Assembly: GCA_024704765.1 (NCBI GenBank)
Contig: JAKMXF010000321.1
Coordinates: forward strand, 434,001 to 498,000
Origin: Oopsacas minuta
Taxonomy: Eukaryota; Animalia; Porifera
Length of the DNA: 64,000 bases
Direction of reading: 5' to 3'
Every line of letters begins with the position of its first letter. Position 1 is the stretch's first letter. A program made the position numbers and the translations under genes. The notes beneath the pieces were generated by a model. It was not told the DNA's origin, made no database searches, and saw only the letters and a list, made by a program, of their open reading frames with translations. Of this stretch, positions 1 to 10,800 are shown piece after piece.

Positions 1-1182
1 TGAATCATTCTCTAATATACATTCATGTATAATTGTATATATTTGGTAAGAATTTGATATTCCCATTTCCCAGACAGATGTGAGGCGAAATACATTTTAT
101 TGGAATTGTATTTTATCAATTTCATTATTACCAAATAAGGAATATTACGTTCTAGCTGTTAAATACTATACAATAAACTCCCGTTATCACCAATTCGGAT
201 GTAAATGAAATGATACCAGGGTCCCGAGCACTTCGTTATAACGAAAGTTTAGTGTAATTACATTCCATCGCTACATATGGTTGCTTCAAAACAATTCAAA
301 AATTTCGGTTACACATCTCTTTGTTATTCAATACATTAGCTACATTATTTCGTCCTGTAAAACTTCTATCAGTCATATAAATTTGTGATTACATCAACAC
401 CCGTTTGTTAGTTAATATCTCTATGAAATATGTCCATGTGAGCATTTGTATGGTAGTATACTAGTGCGTAATTACCTTCATGGTGGTGGTGGTTAGTTAT
501 TTCTATGGGTTAGTTTATTAATAGATTTCATTAAGGTTTCGGTATTATGATAACAATATCTTCCCCACGGGACCAAAGATATCGCCATTATAAAGAGATA
601 TCTATGACTTTATGGGATCTTATTTTAATACAAATCTTATGGGAATTATTTCAGAATGGTTAATAATAGTACGTATTTGAATTTTTTGATATTCCATTAC
701 AATTACAGCGAATGATTTGGTAGATACTTTCGGCGCGAAAAGATGTTCATTCACACTAGATTAGCTCCTATATAGTTAATAATGCCCATATATGGAATTA
801 TCTAACAAATTTCCTTGAATTACGTGCAGCTTCCTTCTTCAATCCTCATTATAGCTTTATCAAATTCCTGATAAGATAATTAAGATATTACTACATAGGA
901 TAATAGCCATCACAACTATTTTCTTAATAATTATATTCGTTATGTCGATTTCTATTTTTATGGAATGGATTGCAAATGCTATTCATTCAAAAGGTTTGGA
1001 TTACCTCTTTTGCATACGTATTCGCCTGTTATACGATAATTCTAATATATAGTCAGCTCTCATTATATCGAAGCTCAAGGATCCGCGATGGTTACTTGGA
1101 TATAATGTGAGTTGACTGTATGGTCCATGAGAAAAACTACAGTTATATTACTTCTCAATTTATATAAACCCTATCATTCTAG

Positions 1183-3072
1183 CAATCCGATTTAAGATCC
1201 ACGACAGTACACTATGTTTCGTAAACTCTCATTTCTCTGCTCATGTCACAGAGATAGAAAAGCGCAATTCAGAATACAAAGAAATAATGACAGATATGTT
1301 ATTCCAAATCGGAGATAGAACAATACCACTTATAAGCCATAACATTGTGTTTTGGTTTGGAGATCTAAACTATAGATTTGAAATGAGTAATACATTTTGT
1401 TATGATGACGTCATGGTTGCTTGTAAGGAGAATGACACAGAGGCTCTTAAACTACATGACCAGTTCTACTTAGAACATCAAAGAGGAGATATATTCAGTG
1501 AATTCCAGGAGGGGGAAATTACATTTCTGCCTAGCTACAAGTATGATCCGGGTGAGTCAATTATTCTATCATTGTTAGGTTACTGAAGTTTTGGTAGTTG
1601 GAAAATTTGTGACTAAAATACCACGAAATTTTGGACCTTTTGGGACCGAATGGAATTTGGAATTCGATCCTAGATATCGATTCCAAAGACTCAAAAACTA
1701 GAACCATGAGGTAATGCAGGACCAATTTCGGGGGCGATTTTCGACCAATACCGAAAATATCTACTATATCAATTATATGTTTTTTGTATTAGGCACGAAT
1801 ATCTGGGATTCTAGTGCCAAGAAGCGTTGTCCTGCTTGGTGCGACAGAATCCTTTGGAAAGGAGAGGAAGTAAAGCAGCTATCCTACTCAATGCATCATA
1901 CTATATTACCATCAGATCACAAACCTGTATCTGCTTTATTTAACGTACAAATTAGAGGAGTTGATCAACAGAAACTGGATAAAGTGGGGGAGGAAGTCCG
2001 TGACAAATTAGCCGACAAAAACCATAAATATAACGGTACACCAATTATCAAGGTATCACCACCAGTTTTGAGATTTGAAGATCTACAATTTCACGAACAA
2101 ATGACTAAGAAAATCCTAATTACAAACGATAGCCCTATCCCAGTTAAAATCTCATTCGGACAGCCTATCAACGTTAAAACCCTTGCTTCACCATATCTAC
2201 GTATTTCCCCATTGAGTTATATGTTACTAGGTGATTGCTGTATGGAAGTTTCATTGACTATAATGGTAGGTTTAGAAACGATCCCTCTCATATCACAAGG
2301 ACAGTTTGTAATAGAGTTAATGCTAGTACTTCATGTTGAGACAGGTATAGATCAATACATATATGTTACTGGTAACTACCTACCCTCAAGCTTTGGAGTT
2401 TCACTGGATTTGTTATCCAAAAAATCAGATCCAATTCGTAGACTATCTTGCATAGATATTGGTCGTGTCAGTAAGAAAACAGATACACATGCAGAAATAC
2501 CGAAAGAAATAAAGACAATTTTGAAGTATTTACACTCGAATGCACTTCAAACAAAGGATTTATTCATGACTCAAGGCTTGAAGAGTGAGATGAGGTTAAT
2601 ACGAGAATCTCTCGATACAGGAGCTAAATTGCCTGAACTACATAGCGTACACTCAGCAGCTGATTTCCTGGTCACATTCCTTATGGCTTTAGATGATCCT
2701 GTAATTCCTATTAAATTCCATGACGATTGTGTGAAAGCTGCTAACAACTTTAAGGAAGCTAAATTAATAATTGAATCTCTCCCTCCAGTTCATCGCTCTA
2801 CATTTCAATATCTAATTGCATTCCTGAAAGAGCTATTGAATAATTCTAAAGTAAACAGACTAACTGCACTATATTTGTCCTCCGTATTTTCCTTGTGTAT
2901 TTTACGACCTAAAATCCAATACAATGAGAATGGTAAACTTGAAAAGAAGGACTTACGGGGTGGCACTCAAGTTCATAAACTAAAAAGCACCTTCTTGGAA
3001 CTATTCCTAACTAATGAATACACACTTGGTACCTATTTAGCCCCTCGTAGCCTCTATTTAAAAAATACCTAA
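1183..3072 (+). CDS. OCRL: OCRL/INPP5B-type inositol polyphosphate 5-phosphatase, 3' part (5-phosphatase C-half, ASH, inactive RhoGAP-like domain)
   Basis: Exons 1183-1551 and 1793-3072 with AG/GT ends in compatible phase. Motifs CFVNSHFSAH, WFGDLNYR, PSYKYD, PAWCDRILW, SDHKPV; RhoGAP-like domain lacks the Arg finger (LFMTQG). 5' exons not found, presumably upstream of the window. Confidence 0.92.
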
Positions 3073-3663
3073 AAAGATTGTACAAATTTAATGCTATTCT
3101 TCCCATCTCACTAAGAGCTTGATGTATATATATTTCCTTGTGTATTAATTCTTTTATGAGTATTAATTAATTCAATGTACTATTATAATTATTGTTATAA
3201 TCTCTTATTATTATTTTATTAGATATTGGGTGAGAGGGTGTCTAGTATTATGGATGTAACTAGCTTTGAGGCATTTTTGCATTACTTCACGTTTGAACAT
3301 CCCCTAGGGAAACATTCATTCCTACCTCTTCGCTCTGTGTTTTCTAGTTCCGCCCCAGCAGTGTTTCCTTGTTTGTCGTCTAATAACACATCCGCTTAAT
3401 TAATAGCAACTTTTTACATTTTTGATGGTAAATAATTCGCGTTTTTTCAGGTAGGAAAAGTGCTACAAAATACGATTAGCCATAGCATTCTATAGATTTG
3501 CTATAGGCGAATCAACTGTAGTATATGGCGGTTTTTACATCAGCATATGGCATATCTTCGCCTGTTAGGAATGTGAGCAGAAATCCATTTCTTTGTTATA
3601 AATCATACGCCGTTTTTCAATCATTCAACCATAAAATCTCTATATTTCTAGTTCATACATACA

Positions 3664-4434
3664 ATGGCAATGGCTGGTAAATTACTAGCCAATAAAGTCG
3701 CCATCATAACAGGATCAACAAAGGGTATAGGATTTGCTATAGCAAAGAAACTAGCATTAGAAGGAGCTACTGTAGTAGTAAGCAGTAGGAGACAGGAAAA
3801 TGTAACTACTGCAATAGCTGAACTAAAGAAGGAGAATTTACCTCATCTAGGTGTAGCTTGTCATGTCGGGAAGGAAGAAGATAGGAAAAATCTTATTGAG
3901 CAGACTATTAAGAAATTCGGGAAGATTGATATATTAGTTTCTAACGTAGCAGTTAGTCCACATTTCGGGTTAACAATTGGAATAACTGAGAAACAGATAG
4001 ATAAAATATTTGATGTGAATGTGAAGAGTTCATTTCTGATAGCTAGAGATTGTTACCCATATCTCAAAGCTACAAAGGGTAACATAACATTCGTGACGTC
4101 AATAGGAGCGTATAAGCCGTTTGTGGGGGGAGGCTGGTACTCTATTAGCAAGACATCTCTCCTTGCGTTGACCCGCGTGATGGCTAGTGAGCTAGCAGTA
4201 GATGGTATCAGAGTTAACTGTATTGCTCCTGGATTAATAAAAACAGATTTCAGTAAGGGTTTGACAGAAAATGAAACCATAAGGAATAAGTTTCTAGAGG
4301 AAATACCTCTTGGTAGGTTGGGACAGCCAGATGACTGTGCGGGGGCAGTTGTGTTCCTCTCTTGTGATCAGCTGTCTAGTTACGTCACGGGGGAATGCAT
4401 ATCTATGACAGGTGGTATTCAGTCTAGATTATGA
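3664..4434 (+). CDS. DHRS4: Peroxisomal short-chain dehydrogenase/reductase DHRS4-like, intronless
   Basis: TGSTKGIG Rossmann motif, YSISK catalytic YxxxK, RVNCIAPG, C-terminal PTS1 -SRL. Confidence 0.9.
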   Translation: MAMAGKLLANKVAIITGSTKGIGFAIAKKLALEGATVVVSSRRQENVTTAIAELKKENLPHLGVACHVGKEEDRKNLIEQTIKKFGKIDILVSNVAVSPHFGLTIGITEKQIDKIFDVNVKSSFLIARDCYPYLKATKGNITFVTSIGAYKPFVGGGWYSISKTSLLALTRVMASELAVDGIRVNCIAPGLIKTDFSKGLTENETIRNKFLEEIPLGRLGQPDDCAGAVVFLSCDQLSSYVTGECISMTGGIQSRL

Positions 4435-4806
4435 GTTGTTTTACTGAAATTATTTTGATTCATTAAATGTAGATTCTTAGTTTATTGTTCGAAAATTTGT
4501 ATTTTTGTTACAGTCTACCTTTTATGCTTTAAATATCTTTATAATGCAAACACTGATAGTTTCCTGTAAATGCCATCAGAGCAGCACTTTTCAACGCTAT
4601 CTGGATATGCACCTGGTTATGCCAATAGAACCTGAATAGCTTTAGACTGTATAGAGATTACAATAATCTTCTGAATTCAGGATATATTAGCTTATGATGT
4701 TTGTAAATCACTTTATTCCAATTTGTCCATCTACTTAAGCACCATCAAACTGTTTTATTATTTGTCTGTTATTAGAATCTTTAGCTTGTAAAACACAATC
4801 TACAAC

Positions 4807-7800
4807 ATGCAGACTCTGATAAAAAGATTATCAGTGGGAGCTATGTTCCTAAGACCTTCTATCAGCTATAGACAATTATCAGATACAACTGTGAGTAATA
4901 GAGAACACATAATAATATTGTGATTTATTCTTTCTATTTGTTGCTAGGATTTGAAGGCTCGTTTAGCTGAGTTAATTCCGATTAGGAAATTAGAACTTGC
5001 AAAGTTCAAAGAGGTTCATGACAAAACTGTAATTGGAAATATCACTGTAGGCATGGTAAGTATGCTTTGTCAGCGATTCGACCTTGCTTCATACAAGCAA
5101 ACCCCTTGACTTGTTACCGAAAGATTCCCAAAGTAACAAAATTTATAATTTTATGCTCTATAGCTGTATAAAGGCATGCGAGGAATGAAAGGACTAGTGA
5201 CAGAAACTTCATTATTAGACCCAGAAGAGGTGAGTATTATTTGTTATTTGTTTCAGTCTTTGTGATGCATATACAGCTAACATCCGGTAACTCGAAACTT
5301 AAGGGGAATCAAAGTATGTTCGAGTCAACGGATGCGATAAGTACTAAAAGTACAACGAAGGGAAGTGAAAATTCGTTCTAGGCGAAGTTCGAGTTACCAA
5401 ATGTTGACTGAATTCTTCAAAGAGTATGATAACATACTCGTACCCTCCCCGGATTATCCGGAGTTTTCCAAGAAATTCAGGAAAATATTTGCAAATGTAT
5501 GTGGCTTTTTTCCCAAATATTAGCCTGAAAATACTAATTTATTGATGTAAACTTGGAAATCCAATTTATTAAAGTTTGGTAAGTATGGTATTATATAAGC
5601 GTGACGTACAATTATCTCTTAATAATGTATGTAATTCCTCCTCTCACCAAATATATTTATTTATATATTTGAATATTCTTAAACTACACAGCTACAATGT
5701 TATATACAGTGTGTCTATTCATTTTCTCAGTGTTCTGTATCTTTACACTGATAAAGCTATTCACTAAGAAACATCCTAAACATCCTCCCTTATATGTAAT
5801 ATATCAAGATATAGCTGATGTGGATAACTTATACACACTCCTGTTGTTAGGAAGAGTACTTAACGTTTCACCTGATAGTCCTATGCGATTAGTATTAATG
5901 CCCAGATTAGTTGATTTGAGTGTAGCACCATTTGATTCTGAACGAGAAACCTTCAATTTATCAATGTTAATCCCTGGTCCATTATCCTCTGATTCTTGCT
6001 ATGAATCCGAATTAATATTTAAAGATTCAGCTACTAGAATATGGCTGTATCTCCACAAGGCACTTGGTCATGAGAAGCGGAGTTTACCGCTCTGCTACAC
6101 CATGGATTGTGTTCGTATTTTCCATGGAGATTATCCTATAGGAGCATTTGCTCAGGCTTCGCCTAGTTTAGCTGCTATCGATCACGCGGTACATGCTCAT
6201 GATTATGTGTTCTTTAGACAGGATTTGTTTGGTGGTATTTATGGTGATGTCATAACTCCAGACGATTATAAGAATTGGTTAAAATCTGTAAGGAATAGTA
6301 AGAAAAGGTCTGAGCTAATTCGAAGTGAAATAGAAAATGGTTTTGAGTTATTTGAGTTTCGTAGTGATTCTTGTATCAGTGCTGCTATACGTTCCTTAGA
6401 TGAGTTACATAGCGATATTAAGTTGAAGTCTCCTGGACGTAATCTCAGGTTGGTTCTACTGGCTCAAGCTACTTCCTTGGTTAAACTTCTAGAAGATAGG
6501 AATTTAGTAACGAGGGTTGAATGTATTCATGCACAGTATTTCACATGGTCACATTCTGATAATGTTCTTGGAGAACAATTCAATATAGTCTTAGATAGAA
6601 TAGCAGCTGAAAATTGCGTTAGAATTGTGAAGAAATACAGAATTCCTTTTTACTGTATTACAACTCAATATCCTAGTAATGGTAATGCTCCTATGGAATT
6701 CATATCTAAGTTAGAGATGAGAAATAAATTTGATTCGAATTGTTTCTTTGCTCTTAGGAAACTTTGGAATAGTTTGAAAGGTGGAAAAGCTCAAACAATA
6801 TTTGATATCTGGGTAGTAGCTCTGATTTGTAACTCTCATCTCTTCGATATTCTTCCAGTTAATGTGTCTTTCTCAAGAAATCAATTTCAACTCCAAATCG
6901 ATTCCACGAAAAAATCGAAAATATTCACTGCAACGGATTCTTCAGTGCAAAATACTCGTTTATTAGTTGATTGGATGGAAAGTCACATATTCTAGAACAA
7001 TATAAAATTGGTAGTATAACAGAACTTGTATTATTTATATCCATGGTGTTTGATATTATATATGCTGTCAACTCTAAATTGGTTTGATAGTTCATTCTTA
7101 CATTTATTTAAAAACACCCAAACCACTTAAAACACTGTATTGTTACAATCTCTAGGGTAAGCACAGAATAATCCGAGAAAAATATCTAAAAGGTGTCGAA
7201 TTCCACCCTCGAATTGACATTTATTGTATCCTCTCGTATATAGCTTGTCCTAGGAATAATTTAGAAATATCTCACACTTTATTTACTATATTACATGTAT
7301 AATTACGTATAGAACTATACTTACCATTATCCTTATTAATAACTAGCATTTATCAATTGACTAAACACATACAACATGTATCGGCCCAGTAGTGAGCACA
7401 AAGCAATATATCATGACTTAGAATTCAAACAGCTTAGGGCTACAATGTCTGCTTCTTTCCGAGAGCTCCACAAGAAGTTAGATGAGAGAGAAGCTGTGTT
7501 AGGGGATACACTGGAGAGCACTTTCAAGAGGAATTCAGAGCGGAAGAAGAAACGAAATGCTGAGTTAGAGAAGCTACGTAAAACCTATGAAATGGTGGAG
7601 ACTAATCTCTCGGAGACATCACTTGTAGATACAGGACTAGAAGCATTGAAACCTATACAAACACGCATTATAGAGCTTGAGAAAGAAGGAAATGTTATTC
7701 AGTTCGGTTGGGACACCTCAACACTCGAGCAAGCTATCAATGAGCTAGGTAGCTTCATGGTAATGTCTGGGAGTGGGAGAGAGGAAGAATTATTCCATGA

Positions 7801-10800
7801 CCATGTGGGTAACGGTTCTCCAATTTCACCTCCTAGAAATGACGTAGAAATACATAACTCTATTCCTGATTACGTTACAGATGAGCCTAGAGACTATCTA
7901 CAAATATCAGAACCATTGTTATCTGTTGGTATGACTGGTGGAGACCCGGGGCAGCTCAAGTCTTCATGCGGTCTAGCAGTTGATGATCTATCAAAACGGA
8001 TATTCGTAGCGGACTACAAAAATCGTCGTATTCAAATATTCACATTTGACGGTAATTGTTTGGCAGAATTCGGTGAATCAGAACTATTTGAGCCTTACGG
8101 ACTGTGTGTTAGAGGAGATACTATCTACGTAACTGATCTGGGCCATAATGCGTATCTATCTTTCTCTATAAAATCACAGAAATTGCTAAGTAAGACAGGA
8201 TCTGAGGGAGAAGCGAATGGGCAATTTGATGTACCCTATGGTATAGATATTGATTCAGATACTAAGCTAATATACGTATGTGATTGTCTCAATAACCGTG
8301 TGTCATTATTCGACCAGACTAGCAATCAATTCCGAAGGAATATAGGATCTAACCTACTGCATCTTCCTAATGACGTCAAGATAACAGAATCATCTGTATT
8401 TGTGCTTGATCAGAATACAGTTTGTATTCATAACTTTGATAAAGCTACAGGAGCTAAACTAAGTAGCTTCATAAGCAGGGGTCCTGACAAGCAAGTAGAA
8501 TTTGCTTACTTTTTCTGCATAGACAGACACGGGAATATGATCCTTTCCGATCGCGACCAGAATTGCCTCAAGGTATTCTCACCAACAGGAGTGACGATAT
8601 GTATCGTCGGAGAGAAAGGGGACGAGCCAGGACAATTCCATTACCCAGAGGGTATCGCACTAAGAAGCGACGGAAAAATAGTTAGTGTATGCAGTGAGAA
8701 AACAAGGAATATTCTCCAAATACTTTGAAACATTGATTAGTATTTGGATTTAGCTATTACGTCATACTATCAGGATAGTCTATTTAGATATTTTAATTAA
8801 TTTACCTCAACTCTTATTATTTATAGATTTATCATTGGTAACACTTTAACTCTACCTACTACGCAGTAACGCAGATTATACAACTTTTATTTTGTTTTGT
8901 TTTTGTTACTGATGGGATTTCTGTGATATTTTGTTTATTTATTTGCATTTATTTTGTGATAGGGGATCAGATTCCGCGGCTACACTCTTCCAGAATTACA
9001 AAAGGTGAATACTTGAGACTTCTTGTGATGAATATATTCAGTGTTTACCTCTTGATCATATATGCAAGCGAATTTGTTGTATTTATAAAACAATCAACTC
9101 CTGCTATATCGAAGCTCAAGGGCCGTGATAATTACACATTATAAGCGGAGTTCGATCTAACCGATGAGATATATATGAATTTGGCGGTTTGGGACCATGT
9201 TTATACAATTTCAGACTTCGATATAGGCGGGTAATTCAATATATCATTGTCCGTTACAACTGTAGTTTTGACTGCATACCAAAATTTGCCATACATATTT
9301 GTTCCTACATTTAAAATAAATAATATTATTCTCATTTTAAGCTACTCCCATCTGCTGAAGGAGGAGAAGTTCCACTCCCAGAGGGTCTGTTCTGGCTCTT
9401 AATCACAGGAGAAATTCCTAACAAGGACCAGGTATATACTACATCTTAACATTTGACAGAAGTTCTGACTAATGACTGATCAATGCATATTCTCTAGGTA
9501 CAAGCTATCTCAAAGGAATGGGCTTCTAGATCTGATCTCCCTGCGCACGTAGTTCACATGGTATCACACTTCCCTTCTCATCTCCACCCCATGTCTCAAT
9601 TATCATCTGCTGTATCTGCTATGCAGTCAGAGAGTCATTTTGCTAAGGCTTATTCAGAGGGTGTTAATAAGGCTAAATATTGGGAGGTATGTTCTTAGTA
9701 GTTTTTGGAATTAGGAGTATGGTTAAAATTCGGTCGAAATATTTATTTGAGGGTTCATTAGTATACTTTATCTTCATAAAAACAACCGTGTCCTGTTTTG
9801 TCAGAAATTACTCGATGCGTATTAGTTACTTAGCCATGAATGGTGGAATTAGTTCATCTGCTTGGATGTTGTTCTAGGTTATATTGAGGAACTCCTCGCC
9901 TGGTTGGAAGTAAACATAAAATAAACAAATTCCACCATCCATGGTTAAGTAAGTAATAAGCATTATAGCATTTACGTTAATTCCTATTGTCCGTAGTTCT
10001 TTCTATATCACTGTACCTTATCTAACATCTTCGTATTAATCTGAATTCCTTGTATAAGCATACTGGAGTAACATTACCCAGCTTTACAAATCTATAATTG
10101 TTATTCTACACAAGCTAATTAGCCTGTGTGAATTCAATGGATGTACAAGTTAAGACATTAACCGGACAGACAACTAGCATACGAATATCTGAAGAAGATA
10201 CTGTCCATGAATTTAAGTCTCGTATTAAATTGACTAGTATTAGCTATCCTAGTCATCTGCAAGAATTGTATTATAATGGAGAGATGCTTGACAACGAATC
10301 TAAACTAAAGGAATGTAATATCAAGGATGGAGCTCAGGTTGATGTTAGAATGAAGGTAGAGTTAGGTAGAGACCCTTCAAACACAGAATCTAGACCCCAG
10401 AGTCAAAGTTCTCAGAGTGGAGGATCTTGTTGTGCTTACATTTGAAACTATTCTTTAATGCTTTAATTGTAATATACTTTAGCAGAATTCTTAATATTAT
10501 ACTGTTGTATTGGTTAAAAATAGTAGGAAAATTTGGTCGTAAGGGTATTCAGCTTGTAAAATTGGTCCAGGACATCGACATCGGATCCCAACCTGGGGTC
10601 TATGGCCTTTGGTGATCCACAAGATCTCAAAATTTGAATTGTAGTCTATGGGAAGGGCACAAAATGTGTTAAAATTACTACGCATAGGGGTCCATTGGTT
10701 ATTAGTGTTGGGAACCTCTTGTCCAGGATGATGACCTATTTATATTTTCACCATTTCCCTACAGACTACATATGAGGATACAATGGATCTCATCGCTAAG

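Noticed and set aside
440-1050. Short TM-like open stretches in the OCRL upstream intron (e.g. IIAITTIFLIIIFVMSISIFMEW)
   Set aside because: No consistent splice chain or recognisable homology; AT-rich DNA yields hydrophobic peptides by chance.
1714-1792. N-terminal extension of the 452-aa OCRL ORF (MQDQFRGRF...)
   Set aside because: Intronic (contains a TIR element); the true exon starts after the AG at 1792.
3200-3600. Purine-rich minus-strand segment that could encode a ~30-aa peptide between OCRL and DHRS4
   Set aside because: Several frames are equally plausible, with a weak donor and no support.
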